DNA of 64,000 bases from an uncultured Candidatus Saccharibacteria bacterium. GTDB lineage: Bacteria > Patescibacteriota > Saccharimonadia > Saccharimonadales > 2-12-FULL-41-12. The position numbers and the translations under genes were made by a program. The stretch lies in the NCBI GenBank assembly GCA_947085855.1, contig CAMTYB010000001.1, forward strand, positions 405,788-469,787. The letters run 5' to 3'. Shown here in pieces: positions 36,294-47,151 of the stretch (position 1 is its first letter; each line of letters opens with the position of its first letter). The notes under the pieces are model-generated. The model did not search any database and was not told the origin of the DNA. It worked only from the letters and a program-made list of their open reading frames with translations.

Positions 36294-38956
36294 TTTTTAC
36301 CAACCGACGTGTCGACTGTTAATTTAACTCCCAGCTCGTAGACATCTTCCATAATGTGCTTAACATCTTCAGCCACTCTTTTGGCTTGATCATCTGGACA
36401 CTCAATCAGGATCGAGTCATGTACTTGCAGGAGCATGTAACATTCTTTGCGATTATCCAGGTAATTCTGAACCTTAACCATGGCTAACTTCATCAGATCA
36501 GCTTCGGTACCCTGAATTGGCATATTAATGGCAGCACGCTCAGCTGCCTGGCGAACAATAAAGTTACTAGAATGAATATCTGGCATTGGTCGTCGGCGAC
36601 CAAATAGTGTTTCCACATACCCTTGCTTGCGCGCCTGATCTTTTAAGGCATTCATATACTCCAGTATCGGTTTGCGTAATTCAAAGTATTTATCAATAAA
36701 TTGCTTGGCTGCCGTCATAGTCATGCCAGTAGCAATACTCAAGCCGTGCGGACTCATGCCATACAGAACACCAAAATTAATTACCTTCGCATCACGCCGC
36801 ATTTGCTTGGTCACATCTTCTGGTTCACGTCCATACACCTGCGCAGCAGTAGCGGTGTGAACATCAACATCGCGGTTAAACATATCGATCAACTCTTTAT
36901 CACCTGCCAAAACCGCAGCCAGTCTGAGCTCAAACTGACTGTAATCAACACTGACTAAACTAAATTCTGGACGGGCCACAAAAGCCGTCCGAATATGATT
37001 GCCAAGTTCAGTTCGCACTGGAATATTCTGCAGATTCGGATCTACTGAACTTAATCGGCCAGTCTGAGCAATCGTCAGATTAAACGTCGTATGAATGCGA
37101 CCTGCTTCGTCGCATAGTTTTGGCAACGCTTCCACATAAGTACTCATGAGTTTAGTGACTTCTCGATACTGACTAATGAGAGGGATCACTGGGTGGGCTT
37201 CACGTAGCTTCTCTAGTTCGTGCGCAGCCGTACTATAGCCGGTCTTCCCTCTTTTAACTCCTTGGGTTGGTAGTTGTAGCTTTTCGAATAAAATCGTGGC
37301 CAGCTGTTGTGGACTACTGATATTAAAGGCCTCGTCAGCATAACCATAGATTTGCTGCTCGAGGTCACTAATCGTGTCTTTGAGTTGTTCAGAGAAGTCC
37401 GCCAGGTAGGCCGTATCAAGCAAAATACCTTCGTATTCCATGCGAGCCAAAACTGAAATAACTGGCCACTCTATATCTTTTGCCAGGGTTTGGACTTTTG
37501 GCATCTCGGCCAGAGCAGCCTCTTGCTGCTCGTACAGCGCACGCATAATGGCCAGGCAGTCAGCTGCCCGTTCAGCAAACTCTTCGGCCGACACATTATC
37601 GAGGTCTGGGCCTTGATAACCCAGGTCAGCCTGAGCAATTTCGGTTAACGTTTGTTCACGTCGAAGACTGTTGAGTAAAAAACTGGCAATCAAAACGTCG
37701 TGGCCAACATTGGCGAACTCCACACCGAGTTCTATACCAACTTTAATTGTCGATTTGATGTTGTAGCCAAGCTTTTTAACCGCTTTATCGGCCAATACTG
37801 GACCTACGACAGCTTGAAATTGTTGAGCCGAAACAGCTTCAACATCTATTACGTAAGCCGTGTCTGCTGCATCGCTAACAATAAACCACTTTGGCTTTTT
37901 GCCGTGCTTGCCATAGGCATAGCTATGGATAAAGACTTCTTTGGATTTGGCTAGCTTGAGGCTTTCAAGTTCCTCGTTAGAACTAACATGAATAACTTTT
38001 GGTAGCGTCAGTTTAACGTCGGTGTGCGGTGTAGCCGTTGCAGCTGGGTCAACTTTCATAATTTCTGGCAGCTGGCGGACCAAGGTGCGGAATTCAAACT
38101 TCTGCAGCACATCAGCCACTTGATTTGGGTCACACTTACTACCATCGACTTCTGCAAGATCAAGTTTAATTGGTGCATCAGTCCAAATCCGAGCCAATTG
38201 TTTGCTCAAGTAAGCTAGTTCTTTACCTGCCTCTAATTTTTTGTGCGTGGCACCAGATATAAGATCAATGTTCTCGTAGACGCCATCAAGTGTTTTGTGC
38301 TCCTTGAGCAATTGAATGGCACCTTTTTCACCAATGCCTGGTACGCCTGGAATATTGTCCGAGCTATCGCCTTTTAGGGCTTTAAGATCAAGGAATTGTT
38401 CGGGAGTAATTTGGTATTTTTCAAAAAAACTTTCGGGGTGAAACAGCTCAATTGTACTGAGGCCTTTTTTGAGCGCATAAACGTGCGTAAGTGGACCAAC
38501 TACCTGCAACATATCGAGGTCAGAGGTAATGAGCTGGGTTTCGATACCTTGCTCCGAAGCCTGTTTAGCGAATGTTCCCATGATATCGTCGGCTTCGTAG
38601 TCATCAAGCTCATACAAGGGCCAACCAAATGCTTCGAGCAATTCATGTAGCAACGGAATTTGTTCATAAAAATCTGGTGGTGCCGGTTTACGATTAGCTT
38701 TGTACCCAGGATACAGTTCAACTCGCTTGCGAATGTTGGTTTTTGGCTTATCCCAAGCCACGCAAACATAATCCGGCTTAAGTCGACGAATAACTTCCAG
38801 GGCCATAACGGCAAAGCCATAGACCCCGCCGGTTGGCGTACCATCTTTGGTGCTCAAGTTAGGCATGGCGTAGTAGCCACGGTAAAAAACACTCTTTCCA
38901 TCGATAATGGCTAGCTTTTTTGGATTCTTCGTAGCGGGCTTAGCTTTCTCTGCCAT
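36278..38956 (-). CDS. polA: DNA polymerase I (5'-3' exonuclease + polymerase domains)
   Basis: 892 aa with a 5' nuclease N-terminus, DYSQFELRLAA (motif A) and QVHDSILIE (motif C). Confidence 0.95.
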   Translation of the reverse strand: MAEKAKPATKNPKKLAIIDGKSVFYRGYYAMPNLSTKDGTPTGGVYGFAVMALEVIRRLKPDYVCVAWDKPKTNIRKRVELYPGYKANRKPAPPDFYEQIPLLHELLEAFGWPLYELDDYEADDIMGTFAKQASEQGIETQLITSDLDMLQVVGPLTHVYALKKGLSTIELFHPESFFEKYQITPEQFLDLKALKGDSSDNIPGVPGIGEKGAIQLLKEHKTLDGVYENIDLISGATHKKLEAGKELAYLSKQLARIWTDAPIKLDLAEVDGSKCDPNQVADVLQKFEFRTLVRQLPEIMKVDPAATATPHTDVKLTLPKVIHVSSNEELESLKLAKSKEVFIHSYAYGKHGKKPKWFIVSDAADTAYVIDVEAVSAQQFQAVVGPVLADKAVKKLGYNIKSTIKVGIELGVEFANVGHDVLIASFLLNSLRREQTLTEIAQADLGYQGPDLDNVSAEEFAERAADCLAIMRALYEQQEAALAEMPKVQTLAKDIEWPVISVLARMEYEGILLDTAYLADFSEQLKDTISDLEQQIYGYADEAFNISSPQQLATILFEKLQLPTQGVKRGKTGYSTAAHELEKLREAHPVIPLISQYREVTKLMSTYVEALPKLCDEAGRIHTTFNLTIAQTGRLSSVDPNLQNIPVRTELGNHIRTAFVARPEFSLVSVDYSQFELRLAAVLAGDKELIDMFNRDVDVHTATAAQVYGREPEDVTKQMRRDAKVINFGVLYGMSPHGLSIATGMTMTAAKQFIDKYFELRKPILEYMNALKDQARKQGYVETLFGRRRPMPDIHSSNFIVRQAAERAAINMPIQGTEADLMKLAMVKVQNYLDNRKECYMLLQVHDSILIECPDDQAKRVAEDVKHIMEDVYELGVKLTVDTSVGKNWGEL

Positions 38957-38972
38957 ATCTTTCAGTATACAA

Positions 38973-40031
38973 CTACTCGGTTCTCTGTAGCAGACTTAAT
39001 GTTAACTCTTCCAAAAAGTCCACGGCTGAGGCATCCCAACGTACAGCATGCTGACGTAGTGATTTGATAGCTGCATCGTAGTGAGCTTGGGCTTCTGATC
39101 GCGCGTGCGCAACTGCACCTGAATTTTCAAAGATACGCAGGCATTGTTCAAAATCTTTGCTCGTTATAGATACATTGCCAAGCTGTTTGCGCAAAAAATC
39201 GGTGTCGGCTTTACTGGCATAGTCTAAAGCATAAGCCGTTAATATTGTTTGCTTACCTTCCCAAATATCATCACGGGGCTGCTTACCGGTCTTGGTATTC
39301 GGCTGCATAATTAACAGGTCATCGGTAATCTGGAATAGCTTCCCTGCGTGTAGCGCAAAGTCAGTAATTGCGTTGGTATCTTCGCAACCAGCATTCGCCA
39401 GTACCATGCCCATGTGGATTGGGTTTAGCACGCTGTAGTGAGCTGTTTTCCACTGCATAGTCTTATCAATCTCTGGCAAACTCGCTTCACCTGCCTGGGC
39501 GTTAGCTACATCATGAGTTTGGCCGTGCGCCGTGACAACCATAGTGTGATTCATGATGGTAAGTGCTTTGAGTTTGATTGCGTCAGAAACGTCCATCGTG
39601 GCCAACACCAATTGAGCACCATGCGAGCCCAGCAAGGCAGCATTCAAGGCCTGTGCTACCCCCACATGGGCGTCAGTGCTACCGAGTGCTACGTGGGCGC
39701 TCGAACCACCACGTCGCTCGATAGATCGATCTTGTATATCGTCAATGATTAAGATGGAGGCATGCATCATTTCAACTGCTCGAGCAGCTTGGAGCGCTAC
39801 AGCTTGATCGGTGCCGCCACACATCTGATAGCCTACTAATGTCAGGATGCCGCGCACACGTTTGCCGCCACGCCGCAAGATATCTGCATAGGCTTGAGCA
39901 ACTATTTGAGATGATGAGCCGTAGGTCTCCCGAGCCTGAGTAACAATGTGTCGGCTATAGTGGTCGATATCTTTGTCAATGAGCGTTTTATACTGCTGAA
40001 GCTGTTCGCTAAATGACAAGATCTTGCTCAT
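38973..40031 (-). CDS. polyprenyl diphosphate synthase (trans-IPPS)
   Basis: First Asp-rich motif IIDDIQD and second FQITDDLL. Confidence 0.85.
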   Translation of the reverse strand: MSKILSFSEQLQQYKTLIDKDIDHYSRHIVTQARETYGSSSQIVAQAYADILRRGGKRVRGILTLVGYQMCGGTDQAVALQAARAVEMMHASILIIDDIQDRSIERRGGSSAHVALGSTDAHVGVAQALNAALLGSHGAQLVLATMDVSDAIKLKALTIMNHTMVVTAHGQTHDVANAQAGEASLPEIDKTMQWKTAHYSVLNPIHMGMVLANAGCEDTNAITDFALHAGKLFQITDDLLIMQPNTKTGKQPRDDIWEGKQTILTAYALDYASKADTDFLRKQLGNVSITSKDFEQCLRIFENSGAVAHARSEAQAHYDAAIKSLRQHAVRWDASAVDFLEELTLSLLQRTE

Positions 40032-40591
40032 AGTATGTCTGCAAGTACCTTTTCGACTTGAGCTTCAAATTCAGTAATCGAGGCGCTGTTATCAATGAGA
40101 ATGTCAGCCCCTGCTTTAACATCGGCCAGGCTCAACTTGGCAGCGTCGCCGTCTGATTGCATTTCGGCCTGCTGTTCGGCCATAAATTCTTCAAAGGTCT
40201 TTTGGTCTTCTATTCTGCCTCTGTCATTGGAAGTAATACGCTCGTAGCGAACCTTCGGATCAGCATCTACCCAGATCACAGTACCGTTTAACTCGTGAAC
40301 TCGATCAACCTCGCCTGCGTTACGGAGGCTACCTACGACTAGTGTGTCGAAGCCAGCTGCTTTGGCAGCGGCAATTCCTTTATCGACAATAACACCGAGG
40401 CCTGATTCGCGGCGCCACTCAGCACTCAAATTACGCTTGTTTTCACGGCTGAACGGTACTTTACGTTTTTTTAGCTCAGCCTCGAGCATTTCAGATGCCG
40501 AAGCAGAATAAAAACCATACTTACGAGCCAGTAAATGCGCGATTGTGTCTTTGCCGCTGCCGTTTGTACCTGATAACCCAATAATCTGCAT
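40028..40591 (-). CDS. P-loop nucleotide kinase-like protein (dephospho-CoA/NMP kinase fold)
   Basis: MQIIGLSGTNGSGKDT Walker A and a length of ~187 aa. Substrate cannot be determined from the sequence. Confidence 0.55.
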   Translation of the reverse strand: MQIIGLSGTNGSGKDTIAHLLARKYGFYSASASEMLEAELKKRKVPFSRENKRNLSAEWRRESGLGVIVDKGIAAAKAAGFDTLVVGSLRNAGEVDRVHELNGTVIWVDADPKVRYERITSNDRGRIEDQKTFEEFMAEQQAEMQSDGDAAKLSLADVKAGADILIDNSASITEFEAQVEKVLADIL

Positions 40592-40615
40592 ACTCAGTAC
40601 CCTACTGTTATCTTT

Positions 40616-41734
40616 TTAGCTGATGTAGTCGTGGAGTTTGCGAGCATCTTTGTGCTTGCGCAATTTTGCCAAAGCTTTGGCTTCAATTTGACGAATGCGC
40701 TCACGCGTTACACTAAATTCTTGTCCAACCTCTTCGAGGGTGTGACTCTTTCCGTCTTCAAGGCCAAAGCGCAGTTTAAGAATTTTTTGTTCACGCTCGG
40801 TCAAGCCGCTCAACATGTCTTTAACATGCTCCTTGAGCAACTGATTGGTAGCTGATTCTTCTGGGCTAACTGTTTCATCATCTTCGATGAAGTCGCCCAA
40901 AACACTATCCTCTTCGTCATCGCGAACACTGGCATCAAGTGAGTGGATGTCCTGCTTAATCTTCATGATGTGTTCAACTTTTTCGACTTCCATCTCCATA
41001 GCTTTGGCGATTTCTTCGTTAGTCGGTTCACGATTCAATTCTTGGGTCAGACGACGCTGGGTGCGCAACAATTTATTAATGGTCTCAAACATGTGTACCG
41101 GAATACGGATCACGCGAGCCTGGTCGGCAATTGCCCGAGTAATAGCTTGGCGAATCCACCAGGTAGCATAGGTACTAAATTTAAAACCTTTGTCTGGGTC
41201 GAACTTTTCAACCGCACGTAGCAAACCAGTGTTACCTTCTTGAATGAGATCAAGTAGGTCAAGGCCACGACCGACGTAACGCTTGGCAATCGAAACCACC
41301 AAACGCATGTTTGCTTCAGCCATTTTGTCTTTGGCGTCTTTGTCGCCAGCCACAACCCGCTGAGCCAAGGCCAGCTCTTCGTCAGCTTTGAGCAATGGGA
41401 TCTTACCAATTTCTCGCAGGTACAAGCGAACCGAGTCGTCGGCAATGTCATCAAGGTAGGCTTTGTCATCAAGTACAATTTCTTCTTCGTCTTCGGCTAC
41501 CCACTCATCACTGAATTCAACCGCTGCTTTACCATTTTTACTATCGACTGCAGTTGTAACTTTGATGTTTGCATCAGCTAGTGCAGTGTATAAGTCGTCG
41601 AGGATTTTGGTGTTTGCCTTTTTTTCAGGAATGCTGGCAAAGATCGTTTCTTGGTCGATCTTGCCTTCCTTCTTAGCTTGCGCTAGTAATTTTTTCTTAG
41701 CGTCGAGTAACGCTTGCTTCGGGTCATCTGCCAT
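40616..41734 (-). CDS. rpoD: RNA polymerase sigma factor RpoD (primary sigma-70)
   Basis: Region 2 [19 protein letters not shown] and region 4 [23 protein letters not shown]. The start was trimmed to ATG 41734 with a GGAG SD. Confidence 0.95.
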   Translation of the reverse strand: MADDPKQALLDAKKKLLAQAKKEGKIDQETIFASIPEKKANTKILDDLYTALADANIKVTTAVDSKNGKAAVEFSDEWVAEDEEEIVLDDKAYLDDIADDSVRLYLREIGKIPLLKADEELALAQRVVAGDKDAKDKMAEANMRLVVSIAKRYVGRGLDLLDLIQEGNTGLLRAVEKFDPDKGFKFSTYATWWIRQAITRAIADQARVIRIPVHMFETINKLLRTQRRLTQELNREPTNEEIAKAMEMEVEKVEHIMKIKQDIHSLDASVRDDEEDSVLGDFIEDDETVSPEESATNQLLKEHVKDMLSGLTEREQKILKLRFGLEDGKSHTLEEVGQEFSVTRERIRQIEAKALAKLRKHKDARKLHDYIS

Positions 41735-41762
41735 ATATTCTCCAAAATTACCACGTCGCACA

Positions 41763-43517
41763 TTATGATACGCGTGTCCGTTTTAATAATTGATTTAGTT
41801 TATTAACTCGTGCTAACAAGTCGGCAGCTTCAGCTTCATCGGCTTGCTGCAATTTTCGTTGAATGATTTTATTTTGCTTTTTGACAAATTGGTCAATGAT
41901 TTTGGCTCTGAGTCGTGCGGCTTCGTATTGAAGTTCCGTCATATCGATCTCGCCGTATAGTTCTTCGAACTGTAATGATAGTATTTTAACATAATCAGCA
42001 ATAGGCTGCAATTTGTCAGCCCTCGCCAGGTCGCCCTGGAACTCTGGATTTGTCTTTAAATATAAGAGGAGTAGTTTCGCCTCGTCATCGTTAAACATCT
42101 GCTCATTTGTAAGCTCCATGTACTGACGCGTGGTCGGCATCATCAACATCAACCCCAAGAAATGTTCCTGGGCTCGCTTATCTTCTATCTGCTTCGGTTG
42201 CGGTGCGGACACCGATGCCTTGATGACCTTTTTGCGTAGTGCAGGCTCGCCGACTGTGTTAAGTTTTGCACGCATTGAATCGGGGTGGACTGCCGTAAGT
42301 TCAGCAATTCTCTGGATGTAATGGTCCTGCTCGACAGCATCAGGCAGTAATCGAACAATATTGAGTGACACATCAGTAAATTCACGTTTGCCCACCGCAG
42401 AAGTTAGGTCTAAGCGCTGCTGATACACCTCGAGCACCCAATCGAGGGCTGGCTTTTTATCGTCGATGGACTGCTTCCACAGCTGCGGGTCTTGCTGGAT
42501 TAACTCATCCGGATCTTTGCCGCTCGGTATAGTAATGATCGATAGATTAACTCCAGTCTTGCCGGCAATCGGAATAGCTCGTTCGGCGGCAGCTACACCA
42601 GCTTTGTCCTGGTCGAACGCTAAGCGTACATCAGGCGTCAAACGACCCAGGCTCTTGAGTTGAAATTCCGTCAGTGCCGTACCGGCTGTCGCCACCACAT
42701 GAGCCACACCCGCTTGATGCGAGGCAATAACATCAAGATTCCCCTCTACTAGTACGGCAACTTTCTCTTTTTGAATCGTCTTTTTGGCTAAGTGTAGTCC
42801 GTAAATATGCCGACTTTTGTCATATAAAACTGTGGCCGCTGTGTTGATATACTTCGGTGCATTTGGATCATTTTTTAGCAAACGAGCTGTAAAGCCAACA
42901 ACTCTCCCAAATGGATCTGCTAGCGGCACCATGATACGCCCCCGGAACATATCAACCGATCGGCCACGTCGTTCGACTGTTACGCCGGCGGCTTTGAGTT
43001 CAACCTCGGTAAACTGTTTTTTTAACAGGAAGTCAGTCAGCACTCGCTCATTGTCTGGACTGTAGCCCAATCTAAAATCGGCTGCCGTCTTGGCGGTAAA
43101 TTTACGTTTTTTTAGGACGTAATCCCTGGCATAATCGCTCGTACTCAGTTGAGTCTGATAAAACGTAGCGGCAGCATCGAGTAGCTCATAGAGCCGCTCC
43201 TTGTTTGGCCCACGACTGCCTTTGCCCTGGCTTTTGTATTGATCCAAGTCAACACCGGCTTTACGGGCCAATAATTCCAGTGAACCCATGAAATCGAGTC
43301 CTTCAACTTCTTGGATAAAGGTAAACATATCACCACCGCGCTGAGAGCTGAAGTCGTGCCAAATTTGTTTATCGGGACTAACAATGAAGCTCGGAGTCCG
43401 CTCGTTGGTAAACGGACTTAATCCTTTATAGTTTTTGCCGGCACGCTTAAGCTGAACATACTCGCTTATGACGTCCTCGATACTGAGGCGACTTTTTACT
43501 TCACTGACCCCGTCCAT
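41763..43517 (-). CDS. dnaG: DNA primase
   Basis: Zinc-ribbon region, a TOPRIM domain ([16 protein letters not shown]) and its position upstream of rpoD. Confidence 0.95.
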   Translation of the reverse strand: MDGVSEVKSRLSIEDVISEYVQLKRAGKNYKGLSPFTNERTPSFIVSPDKQIWHDFSSQRGGDMFTFIQEVEGLDFMGSLELLARKAGVDLDQYKSQGKGSRGPNKERLYELLDAAATFYQTQLSTSDYARDYVLKKRKFTAKTAADFRLGYSPDNERVLTDFLLKKQFTEVELKAAGVTVERRGRSVDMFRGRIMVPLADPFGRVVGFTARLLKNDPNAPKYINTAATVLYDKSRHIYGLHLAKKTIQKEKVAVLVEGNLDVIASHQAGVAHVVATAGTALTEFQLKSLGRLTPDVRLAFDQDKAGVAAAERAIPIAGKTGVNLSIITIPSGKDPDELIQQDPQLWKQSIDDKKPALDWVLEVYQQRLDLTSAVGKREFTDVSLNIVRLLPDAVEQDHYIQRIAELTAVHPDSMRAKLNTVGEPALRKKVIKASVSAPQPKQIEDKRAQEHFLGLMLMMPTTRQYMELTNEQMFNDDEAKLLLLYLKTNPEFQGDLARADKLQPIADYVKILSLQFEELYGEIDMTELQYEAARLRAKIIDQFVKKQNKIIQRKLQQADEAEAADLLARVNKLNQLLKRTRVS

Positions 43518-43623
43518 ACCTCTAGTCTACGGTTTTAATTGCAAACTTGAAAGGATAAGCGATACTTGGTCGACAGGTTGATTGCACTTTAAGTAATGCT
43601 CTTCGACCGGTATAATAACGCTT

Positions 43624-44301
43624 ATGCCTCCAAATCAAACACCCGGCCCTGGGCAACAAAATCCATATCAGCAGTCACCTCAAGATCCCTACGCCTTCAT
43701 TATGAATAACGAGCCGCCCAAAAAAGGGAACGGTTTTAATTTTAACAATAACAGTATGGCTGTACGCATTGCAGTTGTTGTTTTTGGTTTAATGTTGTTC
43801 ATTATTGCCTTCACAGTCATTAACTCGTTTATTAGCCGCTCGTCTAACGCCCAGACCGATCGTTTAATAGAGGTCGCCCAAGCCCAAACCGAGATTATGC
43901 GGGTCAGTCGAATTGCCGAAGATGATGCCAGTGACCTAAAGACCCGAACCTATGCCTACAATGTCAGCCTGTCGACCGACTCATCACTCAGACAGGTGAA
44001 AAGCCTGCTCCAAAAACGTGGCAAGAACGAAAAGAGCTTGGCCAAAACCTTAGGGGCGGGCAAAAATGCTAAGACCGACGCTGCACTCGAGGAAGCTAAG
44101 AAAAATAATCGCTTTGACGACACCTTTTTAGCACTTATGAATAATGAAATCGGAGACTATCAAAAACTTATCCAAGCTGCCTATGAAAGCGGTAACAACA
44201 CCGAAAAAAAGACGCTCACCACCTCTTTTGAAAGCACCAAATACTTAGTCGCAAAAAAGACGGCCGATGACACAGAAACCTCTTCTGACACTCAAGAATA
44301 G
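43624..44301 (+). CDS. hypothetical membrane-anchored protein (225 aa)
   Basis: Pro/Gln-rich N-terminus, one TM helix (IAVVVFGLMLFIIAFTVI) and a helical ectodomain. Confidence 0.55.
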   Translation: MPPNQTPGPGQQNPYQQSPQDPYAFIMNNEPPKKGNGFNFNNNSMAVRIAVVVFGLMLFIIAFTVINSFISRSSNAQTDRLIEVAQAQTEIMRVSRIAEDDASDLKTRTYAYNVSLSTDSSLRQVKSLLQKRGKNEKSLAKTLGAGKNAKTDAALEEAKKNNRFDDTFLALMNNEIGDYQKLIQAAYESGNNTEKKTLTTSFESTKYLVAKKTADDTETSSDTQE

Positions 44302-44646
44302 CTAACTAACAGTAGGTATGGTGTCCGGACTACCGGTCACCAGATTGTAGCTATGACGTATAAAGCCTTGGACTTCTTCCCAAGGCAGTTGGCCACTTAA
44401 AATGATGGTGTTCCAGTGTTTTTTATTAAGGTGGTAGCCGGCCATGACGGTTTCGTATCGTTCTCTTAAAATCTTTGCCAACTGTGGGTCACACTTCAAG
44501 CTAATGCGTAGCGGATCGCTGCCCTCACTAATAAGGGCAAACATTTTGTCATTCACTTTATAAACAGCAACTGATTCGCCAAACGGATACTCCCGTACCG
44601 CGTTAGGCATTGTTAATACATAGTCTTCGACAGTCTTGTGATCCAT
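44302..44646 (-). CDS. MmcQ/YjbR family DNA-binding protein
   Basis: YPFGESVAVYKVNDKMFALI...LKCDP...HLNKKHWNTI is typical of the YjbR family. Confidence 0.75.
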   Translation of the reverse strand: MDHKTVEDYVLTMPNAVREYPFGESVAVYKVNDKMFALISEGSDPLRISLKCDPQLAKILRERYETVMAGYHLNKKHWNTIILSGQLPWEEVQGFIRHSYNLVTGSPDTIPTVS

Positions 44647-44650
44647 ACCA

Positions 44651-45211
44651 CTACTCGCCAGCTTGCACGTCCGGCTTCTTAAGTACCCCTAAGTAATACT
44701 GTAGTTCGGCAATGCTTGCCTGAATATCATCAAAAGCACGGTGAACTTCTTTTTTTTCAAAGGTTTGATTGTACTTTGATTGCATTAAAATCTTGAAACT
44801 ACTGACGTCCAGCATGCGGTAGTGCAGCAAGGCATCAACCTCGGGCCACCATTTCTTAATAAAGTTACGATCGTTATGTATAGAGTTACCAGCTAATACA
44901 GCCGACTCATCACCAAATTGAGCCTGTATAAAGCCAACAAATTCGTGAATCACCTCTTTTTCGTCTCGACCACTTGTGGCAATGCGATCTAACAGGCCGC
45001 TCGTGCTGTGTTGCTGTTGGCACCACTCGTCCATACCATCAAGTATCTCTTGCGGTTGCGCAATCACTGCTTCGTAACTGGCTAGCGTTTTAAAATTAAA
45101 GTCAGTCACTTCGGCTGCAATTTCGATGATGACATCTTTATTTACATCGAGACCAGTCATTTCCAGGTCAACCCAAAGAAGTTTGCTGGCAGGGGCTTTT
45201 TTATCAATCAT
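44651..45211 (-). CDS. orn: oligoribonuclease
   Basis: DEDDh exonuclease motifs LLWVDLEMTGLD and GNSIHNDRNFI. Confidence 0.9.
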   Translation of the reverse strand: MIDKKAPASKLLWVDLEMTGLDVNKDVIIEIAAEVTDFNFKTLASYEAVIAQPQEILDGMDEWCQQQHSTSGLLDRIATSGRDEKEVIHEFVGFIQAQFGDESAVLAGNSIHNDRNFIKKWWPEVDALLHYRMLDVSSFKILMQSKYNQTFEKKEVHRAFDDIQASIAELQYYLGVLKKPDVQAGE

Positions 45212-45230
45212 TTAAGGTATTATACGTTAT

Positions 45231-46004
45231 ATGCCAATACGTAAACGAACTTTGACAATTGCCATCACTAGTCTCGTGGTCATAGCAGCCATTATTGGCG
45301 TCATTATGTGGCGCCATGACACCGTTTTTTCACCCAAAAAAGATACGCCACAAGCCAACGTGGCAGCTTCCCAGCAAAACGATCAGTCTCCTAAGCCCGC
45401 CGAGACTCCAGCGCCAGCATTTAACAAAGGCCTGTTTTCGCTCACCGATACAACCAGTCCCTGGATGATTGTTAACAAAAAGCGACCATTACCAAGTACC
45501 TTCACCCCCTCAGACCTCATAGCAGCCGGTGGCGGTCAGACTATGCGCCGCGAAGCCACCGAATCCCTGCAAAGACTACTGGCTGACGCCCAAAAAGCCG
45601 GCGTACCTCTCAAATCGCTCAGCGGTTACCGATCGTATACTACTCAAGATCGCGTCTACAATTCCTATGTCGCCAAAGATGGGCAAGCGGCAGCCGACAC
45701 CTATAGTGCCCGCCCGGGACATAGCGAGCACCAAACCGGTCTGGCTATGGACGTTGGCAATACCAACGGACAATGCGACCTAGACACGTGCTTTGGCGCC
45801 ACCAAAGGCGGCCAGTGGATAGCTCAAAACGCCCATAAATACGGTTTTACTATCAGATATTTACAGAGTAAAACTAGTGTTACCGGCTATCAATACGAGC
45901 CGTGGCACGTGCGCTATGTTGGGAATGATTTGGCCCAGGAGCTCTACAAGAACAAGCAAACAATGGAAGAATTCTTTGGGCTGCCAGCGGCGCCAAATTA
46001 CTAA
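45231..46004 (+). CDS. D-alanyl-D-alanine carboxypeptidase, VanY/M15B family, membrane-anchored
   Basis: SGYRSYTTQ, SEHQTGLAMD and EPWHVRYVG motifs, with an N-terminal TM helix. Confidence 0.85.
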   Translation: MPIRKRTLTIAITSLVVIAAIIGVIMWRHDTVFSPKKDTPQANVAASQQNDQSPKPAETPAPAFNKGLFSLTDTTSPWMIVNKKRPLPSTFTPSDLIAAGGGQTMRREATESLQRLLADAQKAGVPLKSLSGYRSYTTQDRVYNSYVAKDGQAAADTYSARPGHSEHQTGLAMDVGNTNGQCDLDTCFGATKGGQWIAQNAHKYGFTIRYLQSKTSVTGYQYEPWHVRYVGNDLAQELYKNKQTMEEFFGLPAAPNY

Positions 46005-46007
46005 ATT

Positions 46008-46469
46008 TTACTGTTGTGGGCGTGGTTTATCGATTTTATCTAACTTCAAAGCTTTGACTGCAAAGTAAATCACAGCAGCTACTGCTAAGAAGCTGATCAT
46101 GACATTCAGAAAAGCGCCGTAGGTAAATACCGCCACCTTATCGCCAACAGTTAGGCTAAATGTCTTCTTAGTGAGGTCACCTTGACCAGGCAAAATAAGT
46201 CCCACGACTGGATTTACGAAGCTGGCTACAATTTGGTCAACCAAGGCCTTTACTTGTATACCAATAGCCAAACCGATGGCTAGGCCAACGACACCTTGCT
46301 CGCGAACAAAGTCAAAAAAGCCACCGAGCGGTCGGGCTGATTTAGTAGCGGCTACACGCTTGGTAGCGCGCTCTTTGGCCTTCTTTGCTGCACGACTCGC
46401 GACTACTTTGGCCTTTTTAGATGGCTTTTTATTAGCTTGATTGATATTCTTGGGTGTTTGATCGGGCAT
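46008..46469 (-). CDS. mscL: large-conductance mechanosensitive channel with a ~45-aa basic N-terminal extension
   Basis: The core FFDFVREQGVVGLAIGLAIG...VNPVVG is canonical MscL. A Lys-rich extension precedes it, and no in-frame alternative start codon was seen in the stretch checked just upstream of the core. Confidence 0.85.
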   Translation of the reverse strand: MPDQTPKNINQANKKPSKKAKVVASRAAKKAKERATKRVAATKSARPLGGFFDFVREQGVVGLAIGLAIGIQVKALVDQIVASFVNPVVGLILPGQGDLTKKTFSLTVGDKVAVFTYGAFLNVMISFLAVAAVIYFAVKALKLDKIDKPRPQQ

Positions 46470-46503
46470 ATGTACTCCTGTTCAGTCTCTTCTCTGTCCG
46501 TTA

Positions 46504-47151
46504 CTACAATAATATGTTTTTAAGCTGTTTCATAGTGGCAGCAACTTCTGTCGGACGATTACGCTCCAAGATCGAAATATCTTGCAAGCCCCAGCCTACA
46601 GCAATACTGTTGACACCAGTACTACGGGCAGCCCGGATATCGCGGGTTTCATCACCAACCATCCAGACAGCTTTGCGCTTATAGCGTTGCCGCAACAGCA
46701 ATTTAGCAATTACTGTCCGTTTGCTGCCAAAAAAGAGTGTCTTGTACGACAAGATCTCGACTTTTTGCTCTAAGCCATAGCGCTCGAGCACCGCCTGAAT
46801 CGTATCTGGTAAATTTCGGCTCAAGATGTAAACGTTGATGTTTTCTTTTTGAAGCTCACGAATTAAATCAACTGCGCCTGGAAACAGTTTAACTTTCTCT
46901 GATTCAAGTTTCATAAGCTGTTTAGCGCTGCGCACTAGGCTTGGGAATTGCCACCACCGTATGCCAACCCATTGTCGCGCCTGGTGCAAACTGCCCTTTC
47001 GCAATTTTGCATACGCCTCGTCTGTCATTTCTGGCCAGTTATTTTTTTGAGCCAATTCTGTGTAAATAGCCCGGATAATCGGCCCGGTATCTGCTAGGGT
47101 ACCGTCAAAATCAAAAATCACCGCTTGTGGCACGATTTTTTTAGTCGACAC
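46504..47151 (-). CDS. HAD superfamily hydrolase (phosphoglycolate phosphatase-like)
   Basis: Motif I AVIFDFDGTLADT and motif IV VGDETRDIRAA. Confidence 0.8.
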   Translation of the reverse strand: MSTKKIVPQAVIFDFDGTLADTGPIIRAIYTELAQKNNWPEMTDEAYAKLRKGSLHQARQWVGIRWWQFPSLVRSAKQLMKLESEKVKLFPGAVDLIRELQKENINVYILSRNLPDTIQAVLERYGLEQKVEILSYKTLFFGSKRTVIAKLLLRQRYKRKAVWMVGDETRDIRAARSTGVNSIAVGWGLQDISILERNRPTEVAATMKQLKNILL

